This document shows positions 33,055 through 55,689 of a stretch of 64,000 bases of DNA, one piece after another; the first letter of the stretch is position 1; the number at the start of each line of letters is the position of its first letter. Position numbers and translations under genes: made by a program. Under the pieces are notes generated by a model. The model was not told the DNA's origin. It searched no databases and saw nothing but the letters and a program-made list of their open reading frames with translations. The DNA comes from Macrostomum lignano (taxonomy: Eukaryota). The DNA lies in the NCBI GenBank assembly GCA_002269645.1, contig NIVC01000010.1, positions 1,116,001-1,180,000 of the forward strand. The letters are read 5' to 3'.

Positions 33055-35364
33055 GGGTTTAAGCTGGGGGGTAGGAGCCAGTAAAGTAGCCTTGGCTTTA
33101 CAAATACGTTAAAATACTTGTCTAACCTACTACTGAACTAAAAGTAGCTTGAACACGCAAATGCGCTGAGTGGCCCATCTAGTTATTCTGGTATCTGAAG
33201 TCACAACCCAACTACCAACATTACCAACCGTTCTTTCAACCGTGTCTTTAAATCTAATTTCTCGAAAGCATTCTAAACACACTACTAACGATACGACATG
33301 CATACATTCCTTTCCAGCCTCCAGTCTGCTTTTAAGAAACTCGAATGTAGCGTTTCTCTACTTCGGTTGTCCTCGGCTAGTGCTTAATTGCTCTCTTTGA
33401 TTTTTCCTCAGAGATATTATTCTGTTCTCCAACCTACTTCTGCCTTTCTCTCTCACGATCTCTCCTTTCAGAAGCCAAACAGCTTCCGGAATTTTAATAG
33501 CTCTCCGCAAACTCTCCAGTAAAAGTTCTTCAACGAAGGAAGAACTATCGGTCTATCTACTTTTTTTCGAAGGTCTCTTTCTAATTTTATATTTTTCTCA
33601 TATCCGATTGCTAGCAGTCACGTGACAAACTTTTGAGAATTTTATTGAAAAGGCAAGAGTTCATTCTTAAAGTTCATTGGCGCGGTGAGAATTGTCTCTG
33701 CTTTTTTTAGCAATAAAGTTGAAATTACAATTGAAAGTTTCATCCAAAAATCTTTCAGAAACTTATAAAAGCTGTGTGCAGCTTTAAATAGAGGTTGTTT
33801 GACCATGCTTTTCCAGTTTAAATTTTGATAAAATACAGATTTAACTCTTTCCGAAAGATGTGTAAGTAAACTTGCAATACGAGTTCCTCGGGCCGAAGGT
33901 ATAGCTTTGAATTTAAGTAATTTTTACATAAAAATGCAACAACAACATAGGAATCCCTATATTGCCAATGCACTTTCCTGCTATACAGTGATGCATAAAG
34001 GGATGTCAAATTATAGGCACCAAACTAAACAAACGGGACCAAAACGACTGCCATCGATATCTAGTCGGCCCAGACGACTATGACCGCCTAGACATCCCAT
34101 CCAGCTCCCTCACGTAGGGTCCCTGGGGATAAAGGGGATATCGAGGGTAAGGCCTGCAGCAGAATCCTCCTCATACGTTTCCTGCTGCTCGGTTCGGGTA
34201 CAACTCGTCAACTTCTCTGTAGCAGCGTGGCCCCAGTCTCCAGGGAAGTCGACTAACCGTTTCTATTTGGTGTCAAGGTGATGCTGAAGATGGTGTAAGG
34301 TCTGTGGTTGGCAAATCGCTTTCTCAAACGCGTGACACGCTGCAGTTCCTGCCTCATCCGAGAGCGACATGAGACCAGAGTCGCAGGCGGTAGTGATCGA
34401 AGCTCCAGCTTCATATCGAGCTTACCAACACGTTGTACTTGTGATGAATCCGTCCGGTTGTCCCTCTAGCCGTGGTCTGTGAGTCACTGGGGAACATTGA
34501 GCCGGGTCTTTGTAGTTCATTTGGCTGCAGTAGTGGGACTTATGTCTCACCAGAAGTGCCAAGTCTGCGCCAAGGAAATCCTGAGTCAAGATTGCAGATC
34601 ATAGAGAGCGATAGTCAACTTATGGTTTGGCCAATTATCGCTTGCAGTCGTCTAAGGCTCCATCCCCGGGTGCTTAATTTGACATTCAATTAGTTAATGT
34701 CTTTTAACCGAGATGTTTATTTTTAATTTTCGACTTCCACTCAATACTCCATCGACATTCACAAAGCTTACGAAACGGCACAAGGTCGAAACTTGGTTTT
34801 GTCATAGTCGTAAAATAGTCGCACATAGTCGTTCACTTTCACATAGCTCGCAATTTTAACTAATTTGACTGGAACAACGCATTGTGTTGTCTTTAGTGTT
34901 CCGATTCTGTTTAAGGTTAAGCCGCAATTTACTTGTAAATGACTCCCACTTACAATTGTCAGTTTGGAGACATCATAGCGAGCGTACAGCGGTTTTATGA
35001 CCATCAATAATAACTGGGAATATTTGGAGTAAACGAATGCTTAATAGCCGAATTTGACTGAAGACACTACTCGGTGAATAGCTAATGTGGAGAAGAATTT
35101 GCATTGGAGTTGCATGGGAAGAACCAGTCCTGTTGTAAATATATGACTACCCAATCAATCACTGGTGCGCCATGGTTTCCAGGAATAGCTGAAATTCGAG
35201 CTTAGATTTATAGTTTGAACTTAGTACGACTCAATATTATAGGCTGTTTACATTTCAGCTACTGCATATACATTGCACTGAACCAATTAGGGAAATTCTA
35301 CAATTCTTAATGTTTTATCACCATTTTATCATTTAGTTTTTCACTAATTTCCCCGACTGTATCT

Positions 35365-35835
35365 CGTTGATTCACCAATTCCCTCAGAGTGCAACTCATT
35401 GATTCACCAATTCGCTCAGAGTGCAACTCATTGATTCACCAATTCCCTCAGAGTGTAACTCATTGATTCACCAATTCCCTCAGAGTGCAACTCATTGATT
35501 CACCAATTCCCTCAGAGTGTAACTCATTGATTCACCAATTCCCTCAGAGTGTAATTCGTTTAATTCATCAATTCCCTCAGATTGTAATTCATTGATTCAC
35601 AAACTCCCCCAGAGTGAAATTCATTGATTCACCAATTCCCCTGAGTGTAATTCGTTTAATTCATCAATTCCCTCAGATTGTAATTCATTGATTCACAAAC
35701 TCCCTCAGAGTGAAATTCATTGATTCACAAACTCCCTCAGAGTGAAATTCGTTGATTCACCAATTTCCACAGAGTGAAATTCGTTGATTCACCAATTTCC
35801 ACAGAGTAAAATTCGTTGATTCACTAATTCCCCAG
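35365..35835. repeat. 32-bp tandem repeat (CATTGATTCACCAATTCCCTCAGAGTGTAACT)
   Basis: Period 32 (35461, 35493). Confidence 0.9.
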
Positions 35836-36384
35836 CCTGTAATTCGCTCATTCACCATCAGTAACGCATTCACCAATGCACGGATTCACTTAATTCAGCA
35901 ACTCACAAATGAACCCATTGATTAAATAACTCATTCGCCGCTTTAGCCATTCAAAAGTTCAATTTCACTGCCCTATAAATTCCTTGATTGATTTGGCAGC
36001 ATCCGCCATGAATGCTGAATTATTTCTCTATCCCAAAGGTTGAACTGCAAGAGTATAAAATTCCAAATCGAGCCGAACATAGAAACGCTGTACGAGTTTT
36101 AGAGGACGTTGAGTTGCAGAGCAAATTATAATCACCCAGGTTGTTTTGTTTTGCCGAGACGCTTTTGTCAAGCCCATTTTTTTTCAAAGCCAGTTTTATG
36201 CACGGAAGTGGCGCCAATGTTGACAGAAAGCTCGACTGGCATTCAAGGAAGGAAAGGCCTCTCGCTGATCTCGGCTCTGCTTTCCGGGTGGTTGGCTGTT
36301 TTTTACTAAAATGAGTATCAGAGACAAGCTTTACCGCTGCGAGCCGAGATTTGCTCCGCCTCTGCAATAATGCAAAAATGTAAC

Positions 36385-37105
<721 letters not shown>

Positions 37106-37107
37106 GA

Positions 37108-38437
37108 TGTAACCACGCTCTGGTCGCGGGATAGGGCATGGGAACTTTTTCGAAAGTGCCTCCTATCCCGTGCACCCTCTGCACAGAGCTGTCGAGACTC
37201 GGCCAGGTCTCCGACCGGGCCTGGAGACTCCCGCTCTGCTGCACCTCTCCTGCTGCCTTGGTCCCGTCTCTCCTGCCGCCACACCTGCCTTTCCGGAGCC
37301 CCTACCCCTTTCTGTACCTCCCCCTCTACCCTATCTCTTCTGTTCCCGCCCTATTCTTCCTGTACTTTCTCTACCTCCTCCTTTTTTTTGTCTCCCTCTG
37401 CACTCTTTTCCTGCGCTGTCCCCTCTTTCCCTGTGTCTACTTACAGTACTTTGTGTGCTCACCGTCTCCCCATCCCCTCTCAAACTCCCAAACGGTGACG
37501 CAAGTCGTGTGACCCCTTCTCCCCCTCGGTGACTCATCGATGACTCATCCCCCTCTCTTGCGCAACCTTTTCTCACGCTATTGTTCTCCTTCCCAAATTT
37601 CTCATGTGACACCCACCCCACCTCCGCTTCTATTGTTCTCGTTTTTGCTTCTTTTGTTCTCTCGACCCCCACCAATTATCACATTTTCTCCGATTTTCTC
37701 TTTCTTTTGTTCTCGTTTTCGCACCTAATTATCACCTTTTCTCCAATGTTTACTTTTCCATTGTTCTCAGTTTTCCCCAATTATCCCCGATTTCCAATTC
37801 CTTTGTTCTCGACCCCAGCCCTATTGTTCTCAATGTTTGCTTGCGCAACACTTTCGCGACCACCCGCTGCGCCAATTATCCCCCACCCCACCTCCGGATT
37901 GCGCAATTTCCCGATTTCTCATGTTGCTATGCCGGTCTCATGCTTCTCATCATGACTCATTCTGACGTCATTCTGCCGGCAGCCAATCAGAGAGAGGGAG
38001 CCATGGTAACGACCTTGAGGAGGCGGCTGTGAGGTCTATAAAAGGAAGCGATTTCGGCATGAGAATACTCAACTGAGTTTATCTCTGTTCCTCTCCTCGT
38101 CCTTCTTTGGACTTGCTGTCAGATTGAGTTCTGACCCATTCGTCTATAAGACGAATCCCTGCCGGTCCGCGGTCTGTTACCGCCAAGTTATCCTTAGCTC
38201 CCCAAGTGAGCTCGCCTATCGGCCAGCGGTCTGATACCGCCCAGCATCATCAGCATCGCCTGATCTACATCAGCGCCTCGTCGCTCCAGCTCTAGTCTCT
38301 CCATCAATCTCTCACCCGCCCTGACAGCTGGTCTACCACTGCAACTCAGTGATTGGCTCTTCCTCTCAAAATGATCAGAGTTAGGAGCTCATAGCTACCC
38401 ACATCGTCCAAAAAATTCTAATAAAAAGGAGAAACAA
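37108..38437 (+). mobile_element. Possible solo LTR or promoter-bearing repeat upstream of the GPCR
   Basis: Starts TGTAACC; contains TGACGTCA, CAGCCAATCAG, TATAAAA (about 38037), AATAAA (about 38420) and ends ...GAAACA. No TSD found. Confidence 0.3.
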
Positions 38438-38510
38438 AATCAGTCAGGCTCTGCTGCTTGACGTCCCTCTCGTCACGTGTGCTTCATCCGTGAAATCAAG
38501 CGAGCAAAAT

Positions 38511-39737
38511 ATGGGCGACAAACACTCGCCCGCGGACACCGACAGAGCCTGGCTGTTCGCCCAGCTGTGCGTCAATTTGGCATCGACATTCTCAAACAGC
38601 TGCGCCACCCACCTGTTCCTCAAGCTGTACCGGGCGTCCCCCCGATCGGCTTCTCTGCTGGGCCTGCTGCTTCTGTCAGCTAGCGAGCTTCTGTTCGACG
38701 CCTCCCACCTGACTTTCACCTCTGTCAACCTGGCAACTGGCGTCTGTCGAGGCGGTCAAACGCCGGATTCGGTTGTCATAGCAACCAATGCTTCATATAC
38801 CGTTAGCAACGGTACCAGCGAGGCGAAATTTGAAGCCGAGTTTGCCGAGCACTGGGACAGCAGGATGTGGGTCTGCGTGCTGATCTTCGCACCATCGAAC
38901 GCGAGCCTGTTTGTGAGAAACTGGTGGATCACCTGCTTCACTCTGGCTCGCTGCTTTGTGATTCTGTGCCCGTTCACCGCCAGAACAGTGTTCACCCGGT
39001 CAGTGTACAAGCGTTGCTATGCGGTGTGCCTGTTGCTAGGCGTCGGGTTCACCGTGCTGCGAGTCTGGTCGGAGTACGCGGCCAGCGCCACAGCACGGAA
39101 ATTAGCGGTGGTTGTGCAGGCGCCGATGCCCAGTTTGCTGGTGTTCGCCGCGTCGGTCGTCATGGCAACCGATTTGGCGCGTCTGCGCTGTTGTAAACAA
39201 GGCGACAGTGGCGGCAGTGGCGGAGGCGGTGGCGGCGGTGGCGGCGGCGGTGGCGGAGGCGGCGGAGGTTGTGGCGGCGGCAGCGGAGGCCGCTCGGACT
39301 GGACAGCCTGGCACGCCGGCTCGGAGCACCTGCAGCATCAGCAGCGGCAGCAAAATCTTCAGCAGCAAAAACGTTTACTCCGCCGTTGGCATAGAAACTC
39401 TCTAGCAACCGGATCGCCGTTTCGTAGCGGCGCCCAGCAACAGCTCAGATCGACGGCCGGCACCATCGGGACGAACGGCGGCGGTGGCAGCAGCGGCCGC
39501 AACGTCGGATCGAATCGGGTCATGAGGGCGACAATCACCATAGTAACAGTAGCTGTTCTGTTCGTTGTCATGGAAACGCCGTGTAGCATTTTCGTGCTAA
39601 TTGGAGAAAATTCAGCGTTTACAGAACACCTGAGCAACATGCTGATTGGCACTGACTCCCTGCTAAACTTTGCCATTTTTCTGGCCACCAGTTGCACTTT
39701 TCGTAAGCAATTTCTGGCGCTTTTCCGTCGTCAGTGA
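38511..39737 (+). CDS. Intronless class A (rhodopsin-like) GPCR, FMRFamide-receptor-like orphan group
   Basis: First ATG at 38511 (the track start 38490 is GTG). Seven hydrophobic segments; TM3 end WWITCFTLARCFVILCPF, TM6 RATITIVTVAVLFVVMETP, TM7/H8 DSLLNFAIFLATSCTFRKQF. Poly-Gly in intracellular loop 3. Confidence 0.85.
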   Translation: MGDKHSPADTDRAWLFAQLCVNLASTFSNSCATHLFLKLYRASPRSASLLGLLLLSASELLFDASHLTFTSVNLATGVCRGGQTPDSVVIATNASYTVSNGTSEAKFEAEFAEHWDSRMWVCVLIFAPSNASLFVRNWWITCFTLARCFVILCPFTARTVFTRSVYKRCYAVCLLLGVGFTVLRVWSEYAASATARKLAVVVQAPMPSLLVFAASVVMATDLARLRCCKQGDSGGSGGGGGGGGGGGGGGGGGCGGGSGGRSDWTAWHAGSEHLQHQQRQQNLQQQKRLLRRWHRNSLATGSPFRSGAQQQLRSTAGTIGTNGGGGSSGRNVGSNRVMRATITIVTVAVLFVVMETPCSIFVLIGENSAFTEHLSNMLIGTDSLLNFAIFLATSCTFRKQFLALFRRQ

Positions 39738-41786
39738 AATCGGCTTCTCTGCTAAAAATTGTTTGTAAAGTTTTGTTGTTATGTCACGTCCCTGTTTTGA
39801 CTCAGTGCGAAGTAAAGCTTAACCAGATAAATGTTTTAAACTAATTTTTACGGACAACTGTATTATATATTCTGTAATAAAAAAACTTCTTTTTGAGCCA
39901 AATTTGGATTCCTGATTTGAAACCTGGATTTCAGGACTCATTCAACAAAATAATGAATAATCATAACTCCAATGGGGCTTCGAGGGGACATAGGCGATAT
40001 CGTCCCACAACCATCACTGAAGCAATTCTGCCCATTCCGCTGTCTCCTGGTTAGATGTTATTAAAATTTTAAAAAATTGAAGAGGGTTATCTCTAATACG
40101 TCTCTTTCATTTTTTTTGAAAGCCGTTTAGCCTCTTGCAAAAATGTTTACTTCTTCAGTTGAACGCAGTCTTGAGAATTTAATTCGCGACTCTCAACACA
40201 AGCAGGGCGTGCGCTCACCGCCTAGCCCTGCCTATCAGGTTGCACGCCATGGATTCAGAGATAATCCTGCAGTTCATACCGGCAGTTCGAGCTCGCTGAG
40301 CCGCTAATGCCCGCCCGCTGCCCGGATAGCTGCTAATTCCTTAGAGCACTCCGGTTGCACTTGGATTTTCATCCAGCGACGCCCTCAAGAGGAGGTCGGT
40401 GGTGAAGGGGGCGGACGGCGCTGCATGACGCTAAGGTAAAAATCAACGCCTGAGGGCGTTGCTGTCACGCGTAAATAGCGTGATCCTGGGGGGGGGAGTG
40501 TTCTCCAGCTCTTTCCGATCTCTCTGCGTGGGGAAGATTCTCCCCCCTCCCCTGTGATCCCAGCGGCTGCAGAATATCAGGCTTTTGGTTTTTCTTTCTT
40601 CTCCCGAATTTCAATTGAAGGCGTGGCTGCGGGGGTTAATAAGCGGAAGGCGGAATCATTAAATTTAATATCGCTTATTGAGCACTGGAAACTCTGGGTG
40701 CTGCGGCAAATGCGAAGGCTATTAAAAACGGTTGGACACAAGTCTATATATTTTAAAGAGCCGGCAGCTATTGGTAATTATATTCGCTAAATTTAAATCA
40801 ATTCATGATATTTTGCTTTCAGATCGATATCGCTAAAAATGACGTTTGAAATTAGAAACGTATTAAACGGTTTTCGTTCTGTGAGGGCGGTCTTGCAGTC
40901 CGAGGCCATGACCTGACCGTCAGAGGGCGGCGTTGCTTCCAGGCTTTGGTCGAGACCGTTCTGCTCTAGGACACCGGAGAAGTTGGACGGTGACGGACTG
41001 GCTCGAACAGCAAGCTGATGCCATCTTCAGAAGCAGTGACGAGTGAGCTGCCATCTCGATAGGCAACCTGCTGCTCCGTCGGCGACTCCAGGTGCCAGGC
41101 CACATCATCCGCGTCCAATCGTGCTGCCCACAGCCACAGTGAAGATGCTTTTATTGAACTTACAGTTGCCATTCTTCTGTCTTGTCATGCTGCAGAAGTT
41201 ACATTAAAGGAGCAGTTGAATGTCACAAAATCCTGTCTCTAGAGCATGCGTGCATGCCTTTGCAAGTTTACAGGTTTCATGCTTAAAAGTACGAGTCTTT
41301 TTCGATGGGAGAAACAAAATTCAAGTAACTTAACTCCGTCAAGTCAGTCAAAACAATGTCTTTTTTTAATCGCAGTTGCTAAAATATGAATAAAACTTTG
41401 ATTCCATTGCCAATAAAAAACATTGTCTCCTCTCAAACGTAAATGCTCTCACATGAAATCCAGAGGAAAAAGAATTGAAGTTGAGCCTCCAGTGGATTTT
41501 TTTCATATTTTGGCATACTAATCATTCCAGCACATTAGATGCAGTGGTGCTTGGCCCACATTATCGTACATGAAATATAACAACTAATGTAATATGTCTA
41601 TGGTACACATGAAGAGAGCGAATAGATCTACTTTCAAATAGATTGAAAGTTTATTTTTTATTGATTCTTCTTATTGCAAAGATGAAATGAAATTTCAAGA
41701 GTGCTGCTATAAGTATTCTAGTGAAGCAAAAATTTAAGCTAACCAGCGACACTGAAGCGTAAAAAAATCAACCACGAGTTCATCTG

Positions 41787-51471
<9,685 letters not shown>

Positions 51472-52094
51472 AACAGGACAGCATTAAGTATAGATGTACG
51501 TGTAGCAACTTTACTTAAAAACAACTATGGAGCTGATCGTACTACCGTACTATTTTGTTATATTTTGTAAGCCAACGGTAGAATCAGCAAAGCGTTTAGC
51601 ATTTCCTTTACCGCTCGCATTTGTACTCAAAATTTGTGTTTTAAAAGTTAGATAAATAAATCTTTTTAATTTCGTCTCGAAGATAAAGTGCAAAGAGAGA
51701 TATTTTTGTCAACCAGATAATGACAAGTTGTAACATTTTTCTAAATTCATTTTTTCTGTTGAGCAATGTCCTTAATGCTTGTTTCAGCCTCGTGTGTATA
51801 TACCAGTAGGAACCACAGGCATGCAAAAGTGCGCCATCAGCCAGTTGATGAACTCTTAGTGGCCATTCAGAACCGCGCCTGCCGCAACCAACTGCTTAGC
51901 ATTCTGTGGGGCACCCTGCTTGAGATGGGTTCATGTCTGGAGACTTTGACAGCCTGTTTAACGTGCATACGTTGCGCGACAATCCACTCCACAGTTCCTT
52001 GATGTATCGCAACTTTGCGCTGGAGAGTCTGGCGGCGACAGCCTTTGCTCATTTCTGCATCAACAGGACGTAAAACTCGAAGATTGTGTAATTT

Positions 52095-52890
52095 TTTGGC
52101 CGATTTCCTGGAAAAAGTACACTGAGGAGATGGGAAAAATGCATGTTTTTCCTGGAAAAATACACTGAGGAGATGGGAAAAATGCATGTTTTTCCTGGAA
52201 AAGTACACTGACGAGATGGGAAAAAATGCATGTTTTTCCTGGAAAAGTACACTGAGGAGATAGGAAAAATGCATGTTTTTCCTGGAAAAAGTACACTGAG
52301 GAGATGGGAAAAATGCATGTTTTTCCTGAAAAAAACACTGAGGAGATAGGAAAAATTCATGTTTTTCCTGGAAAAGTACACTGAGGAGATAGGAAAAATG
52401 CATGTTTTTCCTGAAAAAGTACACTGAGGAGATAGGAAAAATGCATGTTTTTCCTGGAAAAGTACACTGAGGAGATAGGAAAAATGCATGTTTTTCCTGG
52501 AAAAGTACACTGAGGAGATAGGAAAAATGCATGTTTTTCCTGGAAAAGTACACTGAGGAGATAGGAAAAATGCATGTTTTTCCTGGAAAAGTACACTGAG
52601 GAGATAGGAAAAATGCATGTTTTTCCTGGAAAAGTACACTGAGGAGATAGGAAAAATGCATGTTTTTCCTGGAAAAGTACACTGAGGAGATAGGAAAAAT
52701 GCATGTTTTTCCTGGAAAAGTACACTGAGGAGATAGGAAAAATGCATGTTTTTCCTGGAAAAGTACACTGAGGAGATAGGAAAAATTCATGTTTTTCCTG
52801 GAAAAGTACACTGAGGAGATAGGAAAAATTCATGTTTTCCTGGAAAAAAACACTGAGGAGATAGGAAAAATGCATGTTTTTCCTGGCAAA
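52095..52890. repeat. 43-bp tandem repeat with internal near-palindrome GGAAAAATGCATGTTTTTCC
   Basis: Period 43; no unique spacers. Confidence 0.95.
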
Positions 52891-53724
52891 ATCAACGATT
52901 GCATTTAATCTGGGGCAGTGAAGACTACCTTTCCTTTAATTTAGCATACACAGATGTTACTCTGTTGTATTTTATATAGCTGTGTAGTGAAAGTTTTCTT
53001 TTCATATTGTTCTGTTTGTATTTCACCAGCTTAAGCCAAAAGTGGTAAATACTCACGAGATAATTATTTTTTCACTTTAGAATCAAGTATATTTGCAAAA
53101 AAAGTTATTGATTTCTCCACAGTGTATTTTTCCAGGAAACTGCATGGCCTCCTAAAAATTACATGATTTATGAGGTTTACGTCCTGTTTTATTACAGTGG
53201 TCCTTTGCTTTTCGCTCTCGCCGGACACGCCAATAACAACTGAGCAGGATTTCAGCAACCAGCCGATGCAGTTGCCACAGTAGATGTGATGAACCACGTA
53301 CTTGTTAGCGCCCTTGTGCCCGTTGAGTGGAACACGGAATTAACGCGGAAGGAAGATCTCGCTGATGTCCTGCGCTTTTAACTGGCTGCTTTAACTGCAT
53401 GACTGGGTGTGTTGTACCTGCTGTGACAGCTTCGCTTCTCCATCAACTGGAGCAAGGTGGTGGTGACGTGTATCAGGCTGCTCTAACCTACAAGTTGAAA
53501 ATGGCCACACCAATGAAGGCCAACCCCCAAGGCACACAGAGTGTACATGTCGGACGAAAAGCTGCAAATCTATGTAAAAATGTACAAAACTAAAAAAACA
53601 AATTAGAGAATATATTTTGAAAAAGAATGGCAACGAATATTTTAATGAAATAATTTTTTCTGAACTCAGTCTGTTACTCAGAAATTTATAGTAGTTTGAT
53701 ATTGTGACAGGGCTAATAGAAAGT

Positions 53725-55013
53725 TGTCGTTTATTACGTGAAGTGATTGATTACGACTATTTATTACTAATTATTCAATGAATCAAGGGAGTTTACTAAC
53801 GTGCGCCAGTAATTCACTGAAAGCTCTTGCACATGCGAAAACGATTAGGTTAACTTATTTTGTGCCAGGAGGCCCATCTGTTGTTTTAATGCACTCATTC
53901 GGCGGGTATATAAATACCGCGCGCACCAATTTGAATGGATCGAACTTGATTCGTGAGCTTGATCTCGATCTTGAGCTCTCTTTTTCGCTCTCGCTCTCCC
54001 GGTTGCACTGAGTTTGCAACGTAGCCCGGACTGTGTGCTCCCGATAGTGATTGACTTTGTAAGATCGGCCCAGTGTGCCTGATTAACTAATAGTTCATGG
54101 CTAGTTAGTAGCAAATGTCGAGTCTTATAGTTGAGCACGGCTCCTAAGTACTTAGTTAGCTTAGTGAACTAAATCTTAGCTCTAACAGACTGTGTTAGTA
54201 AGGACACAGGAGGCCGAGCTTATCTTTGTGTTTTTGTCTATTAATTTTGTTAAGGTTAATTATCATTTTCTGCTGGTGCGCTAGTTCCAATATTTGTTAA
54301 TTTATCGTTTAATAATTACAATTGATAGTTCGTTAAGATACGGTTCAATTTAAGCGCAAGTTCTAACTCACTTTATTCAAATCTCTTTGATAGCGGTCTT
54401 GGCTCAGTCAATTTAATCATAGCTTCGATTGGTGGCAGCAACCTACCTTTCGTAACAATTATAGTTTTGGGATTGAATATCGATACATTGGGGAACGTAA
54501 CTAATCAAGAAATTAGTGGCATTACTCTATCAGACCATCTCAGGGTACCGCTCTTCGACTGGTGCAAAATAAGCAGTTTTGCCTTAGACCAATTCTCGGA
54601 AAGCTACCGAAAGTTAAAGTTATTTGGGAATTCGAGTCACCGGAAATAGAGGAACAAGTCACTCCGCTCGCTAAGAGTTCGCGACCAAGAGACCCGTCTG
54701 GATTAGGTCAGACGCTGAGTCATAGTAGGCTTAAAGTGCGAGTGAGTCATAGTCTGCTAGCGAACAAAGACCCTAGGAACCAAGAGGCCCAGAGGAAAAA
54801 CTATATTTCCGCGACCAAGAGGCCCATAGGAAATTATAGGGCACTCGAGCCAAGAGGTCCAATTGGATTCCGCGTCAGATTTTATGCTCTTTGCAGACTA
54901 CTCGCCAGCAGTAGCCAAATTAGCGCTAATCGTCCGTTCGTAGTTAATATATTAAATAATACCGGTTGGATTAGCAAAGCGCATATTCATTAACGAGGTA
55001 GAGGCCGTCTACA
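53725..55013 (+). mobile_element. LTR-retrotransposon remnant (LTR plus leader), copy 1
   Basis: Starts TGTCG; TATA (GGGTATATAAATA near 53905); U5-like end TGGTGGCAGC...CGTAACA at 54457. Diverged inverted homolog at 57250-58558. No TSD recognised, and the LTR 3' boundary is ambiguous (54457 or 55013). Confidence 0.65.
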
Positions 55014-55260
55014 ATATTACCGGAAATTTTTCCGTTTTAGATTTTTATTATCTGCTATAAACTCCTGTCTAAGCCTTAAACGCAACAAAAATATGACTAA
55101 CGTGAAGAGTATTTAGATGTCCCAAACCATTTTTGCTTTTTAAAAATTTTTTGAAACTCGTTTATAATTCATGTAGCTGTTGCATGCGAGTTCTAAGCGG
55201 GTAAATGATAAAAGAATGACCATTAAAGAGTGATAAAATTTCTTTGTTAAAGTAGTACGT

Positions 55261-55620
55261 ATCATAGAAGCGTCATGTAAACAATCATAGAAGCGTCATG
55301 TAAACAATCATAGAAGCGCCATGTAAACAATCATTAAAGCGTCATGTAAAAAATCATAGAAGCGTCATGTAAACAATCATAGAAGCGTCATTTAAAAAAT
55401 CATAGAAGCGTCATGTAAACAATCATAGAAGCGTCATGTAAACAATCATAGAAGCGTCATGTAAACAATCATAGAAGCGTCATGTAAACAATCATAGAAA
55501 CGTCATATAAAAATCATAGAAGCGTCAAGAAAAAATCATAGAAGCCTCATTTAAAACTAATGAAAGTGTCATTTAAAAAATTAAGAAGCGTCACGGTAGA
55601 ATAAAAGAAGCGTCATGTCA
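55261..55620. repeat. 23-bp tandem repeat (ATCATAGAAGCGTCATGTAAACA)
   Basis: Period 23 (55261, 55284). Confidence 0.9.
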
Positions 55621-55689
55621 GACATGAAGGGTTCATGTAAAAATTAAATGCAACTATAATGCTGTGCTGGGGAGAAAAACTGAGACGTA

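Larger units (their letters stand above)
31296..33197. mobile_element. MITE-like host element carrying two nested insertions
   Basis: Left CAGATACTACAATAACTAGATGAGCCACTCAG is inverted at the right end (CTGAGTGGCCCATCTAGTTATTCTGGTATCTG). Homologous to the empty copy at 3435-3858. No TSD was recognised. Confidence 0.72.

Noticed and set aside
34020-34610. Minus-strand stop-interrupted frame containing LVRHKSHYC, like the end of a FOG-type CCHC finger
   Set aside because: The CxxC half is missing, there are several in-frame stops and no recognisable family. At most an unidentifiable pseudogene fragment.
40915-41060. HRRSWTVTDW...IFRSSDE resembling the Tc1 transposase motif H..WT..DW..VIFSDE
   Set aside because: Spacing is wrong, a stop follows immediately, and there is no downstream DDE similarity or TIR. 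Probably chance.
52095-52890. 43-bp repeat with an internal palindrome, superficially CRISPR-like
   Set aside because: Units are head-to-tail with no unique spacers, no cas genes are nearby and the context is eukaryotic.
51640-53400. Coding-like fragments on the minus strand flanking the 43-bp array (51770-52075, 53170-53390)
   Set aside because: They contain stops or frame changes and no family motif; no gene model could be built.
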